Below the pieces are notes generated by a model, which worked only from the letters and a program-made list of their open reading frames with translations, was not told where the DNA came from and ran no database searches. The translations under genes were made by a program, and so were the position numbers. A DNA stretch of 64,000 nucleotides from Eukaryota sp. GEM-RC1 (Eukaryota), in contig JAUFOQ010000003.1 of NCBI GenBank assembly GCA_040285855.1, positions 1,302,001 to 1,366,000 of the forward strand. Direction: 5' to 3'. Shown piece by piece: positions 47,693-60,482 of the stretch (position 1 is the first letter of the stretch; each line of letters opens with the position of its first letter).

Positions 47693-47986
47693 TCAGAGAA
47701 AAGATCAAATAAATTGATTTTCATTCAAATTGATCACAATATCTTCTTCTGATGAACTTCTCTGCTGCTGCTATTTACTGAAAGGCTGAATCTTATCAAT
47801 CTTCTGTGTAGTTTGCAAAAAGACAGTTTTTGTTTCATAAAAGATGTCTTAGTATAGTAACAGTAAAAAGACATGGAGTTAAGTCTAGGTGTATTTTTCA
47901 AACTAAAGCAATATATATACATAAATCTTCTGAGAAATTTGATTCATCTACCGTACTTACACACCTAGACGACTTGTACAAAAATC

Positions 47987-49514
47987 CTATACATTCACTC
48001 CAACAATTCTTTTTTGTACAATACCATTTCCTTGTAACAAAGGTGCTTCATCATCATCAGTGTCAGAAAGTCCCGGTACTTGGATTTCAAGATCCTCAAG
48101 ACTCTTACCTTCAGCGGCAACTCCAAGGAAAATCTCAGTAATTGAAGAGAAAAGAGCAGTTATAGCAGCTAAAAAGTAACCATAAACTACATAAATACGA
48201 TCATTATGACTTCTAGAGAGGTCAAGCAGCACCCCAAAGATCGATGGTCCAAGAGCTCCCACTAGAGTTCCAAAGGAGTATAGAACAGCTATACTACTAC
48301 CACGGATCTTACTAGGAAATAACTCAGCAATTGACAAGTAAGCTGAGGAAGCAGCGGCAGAAGCGAAGAAGAACACGCAGATCCATGCAATTGTTTGAGT
48401 AAGGGCTGTGAAGTAGTGGATATAGTACAAATAGCCAGTTCCCATAAGTAAAATACCAGCAATGCCAAAACAGAAAGAAATGACAAACTTTCGTCCGAGT
48501 TTGTCAATCACCAATCCAATCAAAGCTGATCCCATGAAATTCGTGATACAAAAGGGATCAGATAGTATCCAAATTGATCTGATTGGACACCAAAGTCGTG
48601 ATGAAGAATTTTAGTATAAGAACTAAATATCGCATTGAAAATAAAAGCCTGTGATAGCATCAGCAAAGCAGCTAAGAACGTTCTACTTCTGTAATGTTTA
48701 ACCAACACTGAAATTGTCTGTAGATACGTAGTCTTGGTAGTATGAATTACCACCGGTTGCTCTAAATCATCAAGAATATCATCTGATCTCAAACACTTCT
48801 TCTCAATCATTACCACAATGGCCTCAGCTTCAGAAACCCTTCCCTTAGTAACCAGCCATCTAGGAGACTCAGGGATGAAGGAACGTAGGATGATGATGAA
48901 GATACTAAAGACACCAGAGAAAAGGAAAGGGATTCTCCAACCGTACTCTTGAGGGACTAGCTTGCTATCAAACAGGTAGATTGAGCCAACAGAGACAGCA
49001 GCGGACCCAAGCCAATAACAACTAGAGAAAGTCATTGACAGGACACCACGTTGTCTCCTTGGAATGAACTCGGAAAGAGAGGAGAGACAAAGGATATACT
49101 CTCCACCTAGCGCTAAACCAATGAAGAAGGTGATGATGTTGAAAACGATAATGTTGGTACTGAGAGATTGAGAGAACATTGAGATACAGAAGAGAGTTGG
49201 GAGGGTCTTGTAGAGCTTTCTTTTCCAATGACATCTATTATAGAGCCTGAAATCAATGATCCCAGTACACATCCAACTAGATATATACTAACAGTGTTAC
49301 CAGTATCAGAATCAGAGATATCCCACTCTTCTTCTAAAATGGGAGCAATAGCGTTGAGATGTGATACAGCCAAACCATCTAACAACCAAGAGATTCCAAG
49401 AGCGCAAGCAACGAGCAAATGGAATTTTCTGAAGGGAAGTCTATCCATTCGTTTTGGTAGGAAAGAAGTCATAGTACCATGTGTGGGGGAATCAAGGAGG
49501 AGATCCACAGACAT
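47987..49514 (-). CDS. MFS (sugar porter-like) transporter, frameshifts near 49260 and 48540
   Basis: RMDRLP, WLLDG, DVIG(RRK), GGEY, SEFIP..RG, IPESPRWL, DKLGRK, AELFP..RG, EGKSLED. Confidence 0.85.
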
Positions 49515-49848
49515 AAGAACTTCTGGTTCTAAGTAATTTGTGATTGAAGAAATCCTTTCAAAGATTTGTTCTGGCTTGCTGCAAGGAGTGTCATATTGTG
49601 TCGACTGAAATATGCATTTCTAAAACTATAATGTATTGCAGTACATGTAGGTTATAACGAGACTTAATTCGGTACCTAAAAAGGAACGTTAACAAATATG
49701 AATTGTTAAAAACAAATAAATATTCCTTCGCACCAAACTGGTAAAGTTTCTCAACTAAACCAGAAAATAAGGCATAATTCGATAAAACTTAACAAATAAA
49801 ACTTGTCAAATTTTAAAAAAAATTCGATAAATGGAACACAATTTTTTC

Positions 49849-50781
49849 TAGACCTTGGAATCGGATCAACTTCGGATCGGAGCGATTTTCTTGGTTTTGC
49901 TCGGATTCGGATTCGGATCGGATTTATCCTACCAGATCCGAAATATCCGATCGGGTTTCTAATGATTTTGATATTGTTGTGGACGCAAAATACATCTGAT
50001 TACTTAACTAATACTAATATAGATTCATTAGTTGGTGTCTTTGAGTCATTCTTTTTTACAAAAGTAATTCCTGTAATTAACTGTATATAAGAGTTTATTT
50101 GCAACAATAAATTAATACATACTAATTAACTGTATTGATCATAAACCCCGTTTCTTTACTAATATTACACGTTATTGAAAACGATTGATTTGAAAATATG
50201 ACTGTTGAACATGACTCCTCTCTAAGTAAATTCGGAAACTGCATCTGTTTCCAAATGTCTTACTATTCGGATGTAGCCGTTCTCTTGGATTCTGATAATC
50301 TTCTTTGATTATTGTTCAATACAGGTATCGTCTGTACCATTGTGAAAGACTGTTCCCCGTGCTGGGTTAGCTGTGTCCGAAAATAGAGCATCTTTCAAAT
50401 GTGACACAGTTCAAGTACAGTATTGGTTTTACTCAATTCATGAACAAAACTTGGATTTATGGCCGATGATGGACTTTTTTCTTTGATGATGACAATGAAT
50501 GTTACTTTTTGACTAATGAATCTTAGTAGAATTTTGTTATCATTCTTTTTTACAAACAACCAGTTCAAAGGACGTCATTTCTTTATGGAACTAAAATAGT
50601 AAGATAAGTGCAACACTTAAAACAGAATCTAAGAAATGTACTAGATAAAAAGCTGAATCCGATCGGATCTTTCGGATCGGATTCGGATATTGAACACCAG
50701 GATCCGGATCGGATTCAGATCTCGATCAGACAGATTCGGATCGGATCGGATTTGAGATAAAAAATCCGATTTCAAGGTCTA
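49849..50781. mobile_element. Non-autonomous hAT-like element with 8-bp TSD ATTTTTTC
   Basis: TIR TAGACCTTGGAATCGGAT...ATCCGATTTCAAGGTCTA; TSD at 49841-49848 and 50782-50789; subterminal TCGGA repeats. Confidence 0.88.
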
Positions 50782-50794
50782 ATTTTTTCCATCA

Positions 50795-51322
50795 ATTTTA
50801 TCAGTTGAGCCACTGTTGAGATCTCTTGAAATCAATAAACTAAAACATAGTGATTCTGATAAGACTTTTGCTAGAAGAAGAGCTAATGTCATAGTTCCAA
50901 CAATTAATGATAAACTAACGTTGTTGATGTGGATGTTTGCAAACAAAGTGCATACAAGGATGCTAAAAATGAAGTTTCTCCACTGAATTCTTCAGAACCA
51001 TACAAGAGAAACAAATATGATGACTGCTCTCAAACATACTAGACATGTTGAGTACAAATTATGTCATTTTGCAATTTCAATTTGTGGTCGACTTGGTAAA
51101 GATGCTCTTTGTTTTCTCTCTGATTTTGAGAAAGTGGTCAAAAAAAGAATGAAGAAGAAATTTGATTTCCAGTTTTGGTTGAATTGTATTGTTTTTAAGA
51201 TATATACAACAATTCCTATCTTGATTTCAAAAGCTCTATTAGCTCTCAGTGTTTTTTATGAAGAAAAAGTTTATGTCAGTTTTAATGGCAATGATTGTTG
51301 CTTTAATGATATTCAGTTCTAG
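50795..51322 (+). mobile_element. Degenerate CRE-like non-LTR 3' fragment
   Basis: VEPL, RRAN, KRNKY, FAISICGRLG, KFDFQFW, similar to 39837-40394. Confidence 0.7.
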
Positions 51323-51783
51323 TATTTGTGTTTATCTTAGTGTTTTTGTTCCATATAATAAAAAGTTAAAAGTTAGAAAAAAATCAGTTGATTTAAATTT
51401 TCACAGAAGCGTTCCAATGTTTGAATCTAAAGACTCCAATTAATAACTTTGGAGACAGGTCATTGAGTAACTTTCTTTAAAGTTACTAAACAACCCACTG
51501 GTTTAGCTGGGATTGAGAGAACAAAAGCAAAAGTTGAAACAGGCATCACTCTTGTATCTTTTTTTCTGTTAAAATCAATATAAAAAAAGTGAGATACAGA
51601 AGAGAGTTGGGAGCTGAACTGAATACTGAATTGAAGATGTTTCTAGGACTCAGAACGAAACACCAAAGACCTTAAAAGATCTGAAAGGGAGCAACTTAAA
51701 AACTGATTTCTTTTCAAGGAAATACCAACTGGAACAAATAAAACACAGTTAAAGCACATTCAGTGCCACTAATAATCGATCAC

Positions 51784-52366
51784 TCACTCACTCAAAGAAG
51801 TTGCAAGGAAATCAAATCCCTCATACAATCCAACTCCAGTAACTGCTGAACAAGGTTGAATAATCCACTTGTTTGTGATCCGAGAAAGCTGTAATCTGTC
51901 TTCAACCTCGTCAACAGCCATTGGATCACCTAGGTCCTGCTTCTGAACTTAGAAATGATGAATAACAAACGTTTGCATAGACCAACAGTACCGCATCAGA
52001 CATCGCAGGTTTACCCATCAGTCTGTGGAGTTCACATCTAGCACATTGAAAACAAGAACCCGAAGGTAACAGTTGTTCACCACAGCTGATACTTAATTCA
52101 TCGGTGGTATCTACAACAAACATGACTGCATCAGAGTTCTGGATAAGGTATTCTTGAAAATTTGGGTTAGACGGTACATCAAACATGTAGATATTTAGTT
52201 TTTTGTATCTAATAATATCAACGTTTACATGTGGAACTAGAGATGGTAGAGAGAAGTTCAGTTTATGAAGGATAGAACTTTTTCCAGCTGAATTTAAGCC
52301 AACCAGAAGTAGTTTATGTTCCTTGAGACGATAGAAGAGGAAAAGCTTTAATGATCGAGACAGCAT
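51784..52366 (-). CDS. Divergent ARF/ARL small GTPase; intron 51943-51970
   Basis: GLNSAGKS, DAVMFVVD, spliced YANKQD, WIIQPCSAVTGVGLYEG. G3 motif is degenerate (DVPSN). Confidence 0.8.
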
Positions 52367-52488
52367 TAGCTGGGGTAGAACAACTAATAGTACTACTATA
52401 GGAGTAGAATTTCGACAGATGAATTCGATCACCACCCGAAACTACATCAACCAGTTTTACCAGTTTTGTCCTCTATTGTCCTTCACAG

Positions 52489-54915
52489 ATGTCAGCATCT
52501 TTAAATGCACTTTTGGACAGCATTGCAAACTCCTTAGTAAATCCATCTAGTGCTCTTTCTCAACAAGAAGATGGAGATTTCCCTCAGGCCTATTCTGACC
52601 TCATCACAATATGTTCAAATGAAGACGATGTTTCTCCACAATACTCCTTACTTGACACTGATGTAACAAACCCTGATCAACCCACTTCATCTGAACCCCC
52701 ACTCAACCAATGTACAACTCCTCGTCAGATGAAGAATTTGATCCCATGACTGCTACCAGACGACTCAAACAATACAAGAAGAAATCCTCTCTAAAAGGAG
52801 ACGTGGCTGTCCTTTTTGGAAAAGCCAACACTGCATACACCTTTGGAGACTTCTCTCTCGCTATCTCTCTCCTCTCTCAAGTCTCATCCTTAGCTCCCTC
52901 ACGACCAGAACCCTTTAAGACTCTCTCCTTGGTTTACGATGCTCTTAAGCAGCCTCGTAAAGCTATTGCTGCTTTGTTAATGGCTGCTGTTAAAGGAAAG
53001 GAGACGAGTAGGTGGTTGGAGTTAGCAGATTCTGCAATCAAATATGATTTTCCAGTTATAGAAAGTTATGCTGTTGGGAGAGCTCTAATCTCGGCTCCCA
53101 ATGACGTTTCATTGCACATTAGAAGAGCTCGGATTTTGATCAAATTAGGAAAGAGGTCAGAATTATCACGTGCTGTCAATCACTTGGCTGCAGCTCACAA
53201 TTTTGATCCCAAAAATGTTGAAATTTTGGTTGAATTAGTTCATCTTTTAATTGAATTGGAACGGCTTGATATATGTAAGAATATTTTAGAAAAAAGCATT
53301 CTGTATTTCCACTCACTGAATCCACCGGAATCTCCAGATTTTAGAATTTTAAATTATTTTTGTGAATTGTCGATGTCCGAGGGTCACTTTCAATCTGTAC
53401 ACACCCTCCTTCTTGATTCGGCAAGGATAGGGCTCACAGACAATCAATCAGATCCGTCTCCTTCTGAGCTTCTTCAAGTTTTCCCACCTGATCTCACTTC
53501 AAAACTTCTAGTTTCTTTCTTTTACCTTTCTCTTCCCATAGATGAGTCTGCTCTATCAATTGTCCTAAGTTGGGATATTCATGACTATGTGGATCTATAC
53601 GAATTCATTGCAACAGCAGCTCTAACTAGTGACCAATATTCATTGTTTTCTTTTTTCTCTCTTCAATTCCCTAGTTGAGGTCTATCCCGATCAATCTAGT
53701 TATTGGGCAGGATTTGGTGTAGCTCAACGGCATTGTAACCTGTTAGGTGACTCAGCATCGTCGTTGATTAAGTCATTAGAACTCATGAAGTCAACAGAAG
53801 TCAGAGTTGAGCTCTCGACTACTCTAAGATTGATGGGTGATGTGGACGCTGCCTTGACTGCTCTTGACGTTGATGAGAATCAATCACAGTTTTTAACCCT
53901 CAATCAAATCAATCAGTCACTTGATGATGAGCAAATTAACCTTCAACTTCACAAGTCGTTGCTTCTGTATTCTGAAGAACGTCATGATGAATTTCTTAAA
54001 CTTATTTTGCCATTGTTAATTTCAAGTTTTCTACAAACAAGAGGTTTGAAACCTGGCCGAGCCTTTAAATTGTTGACGATTCCAGGTCTATCAAATTTGA
54101 TGGGCGCTATTGAATTCATTGATTTAGTTCTAAAAGTCGTTAAACTCCTAGCTGAAACTCTTTCCCGATACAGCGATGCCCTCTCAATCGTTCAATCATT
54201 TTTGAAAGTTGGATCTAACTTTCTCTCAAAACAAGTTCAAGACAATCTTCGTTTTCTTGTGATTAGCTATGTCTTCAAAGCTTCTAATCATGCCATTGCC
54301 TACAATGCACTTCGCGATATCCTGACAACTTCCCCTTTTTCTATTACTCTCCACATGCTCCTTAGTATTGTTGTTACTAAGCTCAATACACGGGAACTGC
54401 AGATGCACCAGAAGTTTTTAACTCGCCATTCAAGATCACCTCGGCAAGTTGCGTTCCAAATCTCTCTTGGACTTCACTATCTTGCCTCTGGACGTAACTT
54501 GATTGCTTTAGAACGATTAGTACCTGCATTTGTGCAAACCGCCATCCCCTTCTTACTAGTTCCTATCGCAAGTGCTTGTATAGGAGTGGCTAGACACAAG
54601 AACACCCCTGACAAGAGTAGAATGTCTCTAATCTTCGCTGGTCATGCTTTTCTTACTAATTACGAGGACTTAATGGCTGGGGTTTCTGAATCAAAGTATC
54701 GTGAAGCTTTGTTTAATCACGGACGACTTTTCCACTCAGTTTCATTAACTTCTTTGGCTATTAGGTATTATAAGCAAGTTTTAGAAGGATTTGAGCTGAG
54801 TCAGTCCCCTCAAGGTCTAGTTAGGGAAGCTGCTTTTAATTTAGCCAGAATATATGTTGAAAGAGGTTGTGATGCTGCAGCAATGGAAGTTTACAATACT
54901 TATTTAATAATTTGA
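52489..54915 (+). CDS. GTF3C3: TPR protein, TFIIIC subunit 3 (Tfc4/GTF3C3)-like; two frameshifts
   Basis: N-terminal TPRs; C-terminal EALFNHGRLFH...LAIRYYKQVL...REAAFNLARIY...YLII. Confidence 0.72.
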
Positions 54916-55353
54916 TCGTTTTTATTTGAGATGCTGAGTTTTTAATGAAATTCTTGTGTAGAATTATTCTGAAAACCACTTCTACTTGTACTAGTTCTAC
55001 TGTTCCGCCTGAGTTTACTTCTTCAAATCGAATCAAAATTCACTAAGTTTGTATAACAAACTAATGTTCAAGAAGACTGAATTTGAGTATTGATTTTAAG
55101 ATTTATCTGAAGGTTAAAAGTCAAGCATTATTGATGTTGTTATATTATATGCATCTATTTAAATTTGTTGTCGATTTTGAAATTTCGATTAAGAACGATG
55201 TAAGACCGTTGCTTTGCTAAGGAGAAGGTTTTTGAGTCTCTTGAAAGAATTCTCTTGAGTTGTGACAATACTTTCTCTAAGAAGTATTGGATATTTGTTT
55301 AATTTATTTTTGAATTGAACTTTATATACGAATAAATTCAAATGTGTATAAAT

Positions 55354-55455
55354 TAGGGTTGTTAAAAGGTCAGGTCAAGACCTGAACATCAGGTCAAAGG
55401 TCAGGTCAAGGTCATCAAATGAATTGATCTGTCCTGTGACCTTTTAATAACCCTA
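55354..55455. mobile_element. 102-bp hAT-like MITE with 8-bp TSD GTATAAAT
   Basis: TIR TAGGGTTGTTAAAAGGTCA...TGACCTTTTAATAACCCTA; TSD at 55346-55353 and 55456-55463; internal AGGTCA repeats. Confidence 0.88.
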
Positions 55456-55781
55456 GTATAAATGCATATAACGAACACAAAATGAGATTCTTATTGTGGA
55501 TGTATTGCATTTTAGATTGTTTCTCTGTTATTTTTCCGTAGGCCCTGCTGTCACTGTAGACTGCAAAAACAATACATGTATGACTTTGAATATGGGTTTT
55601 TTGTAATATTGTTCTTGTATTTTATTGTTTTAGTTCAGACATTTCTGGTTGATCTTGTTAAATGTTCCTAAGCTACGCACTTATTTATAAACTTGGGCAT
55701 TTTTTGAAGACAGATTCTTTCATTTGAAATTGATTTTTAAGACTTCTTCTGACCGTCACTTCTCCTTTATAGTCGACTCCT

Positions 55782-57125
55782 ATGAGCGACACTGAGTATC
55801 AACTCTTATACCTTGAAGATACAGGCGATCTTCAGTTGGAAAGCACTGACACAGGTGCTTCTGTATCTTCTACTGTTAGTAATTTAGCCAACAGTGTAAC
55901 TGGAGCAGCGGTTCTTACCTTAGCTTCTGCTATGGTTGACACTGGATTAGGTTTGGGTATAATATTACTCTTGTTCATTGCGCTAATGTCTGGTATTGCA
56001 TTCATGTTTATCGCCGAATGCTGTACGCTCACATCTCAATACTCCTTTAAAGGACTCGCTGCCAATCTGTTAGGTAAACAATATGCAGTACTCGTGGACC
56101 TTTTGATTGCCGTCTATACATTTGGAACTTCAACAGCCTACTGTGTCGCATTGGGTGACTTCTTCCCCTCCCTATTTCAACTCTTTCTTCCCAGTAGTTT
56201 ACCCTCATTTGTCTTCAAAAAGTCTTCCGTTGTCATCATCATTGCTGTCTTTATTCTACTACCGTTATCGTTACTTCCTAACATTGATGCATTGAGAGTC
56301 ACAAGTTCATTGTCTCTTTTATGTCCAATCTATTTAATCTTTGTCATTGTTTTTCATCTCGTGACTGGTAACATTCCTGAGACTCCTGATCTTCCCCGAG
56401 GCCCAATTGTTTGGTTCAATTTGTCTTCACATATATTTCTTGCCATTCCTCTCCTTTCAGTTTCATTTACTGCCCATTAGTATGACGTTTACTTTTACTT
56501 TTGACTCTAGTAATGTTCCCAAAATGATTAATGAACTTGACAAACGTTCACTTAAGAAATTTAAAACAGTTGTAATATCTGCCATCATTATTTGTGTTGT
56601 TCTCTATTCCTTGTCAGCTGTTACTGGTTACGTTACCTTCCGTGCAGCGACCAATGGTGACATCCTGAATAACTTCGATAATGACGACCTTTTAGCTCTA
56701 ATTGCCAAGGGTATCATGGGTTTTAGCATTGGTTTGTTTTTGAAAGAAAAGTTCGTTATCTCACCTCAGCTTTCTCATTTCCTTTAGTACTGTTTGGTCT
56801 ACGTACCAGCTTTGAGAATCTTATTCTGAAGAATCCAACACCTAATTGGTTTAGGCAAGTAGTGCTCTCAATCATGTTTATTGCAGGTGCCGTTACCATT
56901 GCACTGGTTGAAGATCGAATCAATGTTGTCATTAGATTCAATGGAGCTCTTGGTCTGTTCGTCACGTGTGTTTTTCCAGGATTCTTTATGTTGAAAGTGA
57001 GTAAAGACTCCAAGGAGAAGTTCAAAGGAAAGAGGATCATGGCAGTCGGACTGATTGTAATAGGATTGTTTCTGATTGTTAATTGTTTTTATAATGCATT
57101 CAAAAACCTTCAGGCATCGAAGTAG
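55782..57125 (+). CDS. Amino acid transporter (SLC38/AAAP family); introns 56480-56510 and 56732-56769
   Basis: NLANSVTGAAVLTL, LPLSL, SFTAH(Y)NVP, GYVTF...GDILNNF; splicing gives one continuous ORF. Confidence 0.88.
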
Positions 57126-57756
57126 ATTTTGTTTTATTGGTACTTCCGTAATATACACTTGTATCAGAGCATTCTAGATCAAATTCAAATTTCAAACATC
57201 TGTTAACAGAGTTAAATTCTGACCCCCAATCGACGATTTCCCGGGTACTGAAGATAAAGAAATTGATGAATACATGCATGAAGAAAAAACGGATTTATGT
57301 GAGGAGAAAAACACACAGCAAGAAAACAACAAACAAATAAACACTATTGAAACAAATTATCAAACGAACTTCCTAATTCCGAAAAGTAGTTGCCTCCAAA
57401 CAACTTGGACAGAATGGAATCAACATAAACAGGTATGAAATGGAAGACAATGAAGAAGATTCAAGGATTACTGTAGCGAAATTGACAATTAAAGCATCGG
57501 AGGACCACTGATAGTCAATCAAATGTGGAGAATTACAAGGTAATAAAGTAAGTTACCGAGTGTGAAGTATGTTACCAGTGGTAACTTACCACCCTCATTT
57601 GGTGTTCAATATTTTCTTGTCATTTCTTGAAGGCAATAACTCAGAATTGTGAATGAATACCGTATTCTACCAACCAATTCCACGGAACGTTATCAGTTCT
57701 GTTAGCATGTGTGTCATTTCAAAAGGCTAAAAAAGAAAACAGTAGCTAGATCAAAA

Positions 57757-57830
57757 TGTTTTCGGGGAGGTTCGAACTCCCGACCATCTGTGTGTTAGAC
57801 AGATATCCTAACCAACTAGACCACGAAAAC
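57757..57830 (-). tRNA. tRNA-Val(AAC)
   Basis: GTTTTCGTGGTCTAGTTGGTTAGGATA-TCTGT-CTAACAC-ACAGA-TGGTCGGGAGTTCGAACCTCCCCGAAAACA followed by TTTT. Confidence 0.93.
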
Positions 57831-58759
57831 CGTTGCAGAGCCTACCCACAGCGTTTTAGAAAGCATTTGGAGATAGCTTGGAAATTCCTTCATTGATTTA
57901 CTTAAAAGGACATTACATCTGTATATCCCGTTAAAATTGATTCTACATACTAGATGTTAAAGTCTAATCAACCACCGAATCATTTATTCCAAATTGGTCT
58001 ATTTTGAGTCGATCACTTTGAACCAATGAATCCGTTTTTGGTGTTATGTTTTAGTAGAATATGTCCTATCAATGAGTTTTCCAGTGACTGCTTTCGGAGT
58101 ATTGGTTCATTTGTGAGAAAATTTGAGAAAATTCATTCAGAATTGTAGGTCCACTGACAATTGTTGAATGACAATTAAATCAAACATTGTCATTAAATGT
58201 GAGTAAACGTGTTTTCAAATGTGTTTTGCCGGTATACTTAATATTGTTTTAGGATCATTAGATTCTATCCTTACTGAAACATTTGCCCAACATTTAGTTC
58301 TATGAGTAATTATATTTCCAGCTTGGCCGACATTGTAATGATAAATATTCCAGTTCCTGTTTATTATTCGAATGAATGAATTTGCAGGGGTTGGTTTCTT
58401 TCATGAAAAAATTGTCAGAAAATCTACTCCTACAAGAGGTGACAGGAGTCATTTGTTTGAACTTTTGAAACGTTTTCCAGTAAATGTAACTACTGTACTA
58501 ATTTCCAGAAATTGTGTTGGGTTCGGTCTGCTACAGATCTGGTATCATCTGTGTCTGGTGAAATGTGGGTGTTTACTGTTTACTTAAAGGAGACTGGTTC
58601 AAAGAATATTTCCTCTCTTACATCTGCAATATGGAAATTGCGCTATTAATTGAGCAGTTTGAACTCTTGGACTTTAATAATCGTTGTATCTTGGACAAAA
58701 CTAATAGTTCCGAATTCGCTGTTTGTTGAATTGTCCTTTGTAGTAGTGCACGTTTTAGG

Positions 58760-58990
58760 TTTGAACCAAAGGTGTTTGGATTACAGTTATGTGATAAAAC
58801 CTGGATCAAGAACACCTGTCTTCGATTAGCTATCGGTTCTGCTTATATATTAAAATATGAAACTTGCTCTTGTGACGCTGTAGGTATTTTTCGTCTTTGC
58901 ATTCATTGCCGTTATTTTAATCATTTACTTTTCGATTAATCATGATGTTGTACGTGAATGCTTGTTATTATATGTTTTAAGCACATGGTT
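58760..58990 (+). mobile_element. Highly decayed CRE-like retroelement fragment
   Basis: CSC...CIHC...NHDVVRECL remnant, similar to 38161-38550. Confidence 0.45.
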
Positions 58991-59105
58991 TTCACTCTAG
59001 AAATGTGATCTTCTTTATGTGTTCAAATCTTGTGTTGGTAGGATAATTAGATTCTTCTATTCAGCCGTTAACAACTGCTCGCATTTCCAGTATAACTCTC
59101 AAACA

Positions 59106-59705
59106 CACCGATTGTTTCCAATTAGTCACAGTGAGACTAATTCCGATATGACAGTTGCAATTTCGACCTCCCAAATACCACTTTTATTGTTTTTATCGAG
59201 TAATATGCAACAAAAGTACAAATGATTGAAGTAGCTATTACAGTAAGAAAAACGGGGTTTATGATCAGTCAGTGAAATAAATGCATTTGCAGAAATGAAT
59301 AACAGTAAGAAGAACTTTAGTACTGATAAGATCCACTTAAAACCTTACTTAACCATATCATTCACCTCTCACCACTTTAAATCAATTTTGATATAACTTC
59401 AGTCGTAGTTGTAAAGCTCCGAACTTCTTGCAAGATTCTTTTGGAGAAGATACTGGAGTTTGGCATGAATATAAGTTGACCATTGATCTTCAAGAAATCG
59501 TGAAGAAACACAGATGTATCAAGGACAGAGTTTATTTGTTAAAGAGATTGGTAACTTGAATTAGAGAGATTTTTCAAAGATGTCATGGATACACGAAATC
59601 TAGTGAGACTACTACAAGTGCGAAATAATTAGTCTCAGTGCGACTGGGACAAGTGAAAATGACGTATGGTATTAGTCTCAATGAGACTAATGGAAACAAT
59701 CAGTG
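59106..59705. mobile_element. Non-autonomous TIR element (CAC(C/T)G termini), superfamily unclear
   Basis: About 35-bp imperfect TIR CAC(C/T)GATTGTTTCCA(A)TTAGTC(A/T)CA(G/T)TGAGACTAAT containing an internal palindrome; no clear TSD. Confidence 0.65.
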
Positions 59706-59796
59706 TAGAAGAATTAGATGGAAAATGATATTTCCATCTTGTTGTTGTTTCCCTTTTTAGCTGTTGGTGAACAGTGTTCAATTATCCTTGTGGTTC

Positions 59797-59838
59797 ATGT
59801 TTGTCTTTATGTTTGTCTTTATGTTTGTCTTTATGTTT
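59797..59838. repeat. 12-bp tandem repeat ATGTTTGTCTTT, about 3.5 copies
   Basis: Seen directly in the sequence. Confidence 0.85.
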
Positions 59839-59975
59839 TGGACGAATGAAGTAGCCACATTAATATTTTAAACTTCACACAGAAACCAACAGTTCCTCAC
59901 TGTAAACTTACAAGAAGTCCTCATTAACCATTCATTAGGAACCAGTTTTCAACTGGCTTAATTCTTGACAATCAA

Positions 59976-60295
59976 ATGAAGCTGTTCTTGATCGCTACTC
60001 TTTTGGTTGTATCCGCCTTATGTGCTGGTCACATTGAATTACCGTTCAACGGAGATGAATTCTGCCGTTCCTTTGACGATGCTTCCTACTGTAAAACTTG
60101 GCTTCATGTTCCAGTGTAAGTTTTACTCTTCATTCTAACTCTAGTTGTCAAGGTTCTGATCTTCCCTGTGGAGGAGATGCTTTCTGTCAATCCGTAGAGC
60201 CTGGTTCCTACTGCAAGTTCTGGCTTCATGTTCCCGTTTGCCAAGGAATCGATGTCCCTTGTGGTCCTCATATCCCTGAGATGACAGGCATGTAG
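59976..60295 (+). CDS. Small secreted Cys-rich protein with two internal repeats; intron 60116-60144
   Basis: Signal peptide MKLFLIATLLVVSALCA; two copies of GD.FC.S....SYCK.WLHVPVCQG.D.PCG after splicing. Confidence 0.8.
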
Positions 60296-60482
60296 AGAGA
60301 TTTGCACTTTCTTTTGATAATAAACAATTGGTAGCACATTCCCAGTTGTAATTACTTTATCAGTAGCGATACTCCTTAGATTGTCAGTCCAGTTGAATTA
60401 TACTGTAAGAAAAATCCTCAATTCCTTTAAAGAACGGCTTTAAAGAATAAGAATGGTTCACAATCACTTTTAATTTAATGAA

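Noticed and set aside
19794..54915. Programmed frameshifting or mass pseudogenisation of host genes
   Set aside because: Breaks mostly fall in homopolymer runs and differ between otherwise identical repeat copies, which points to long-read indel errors.
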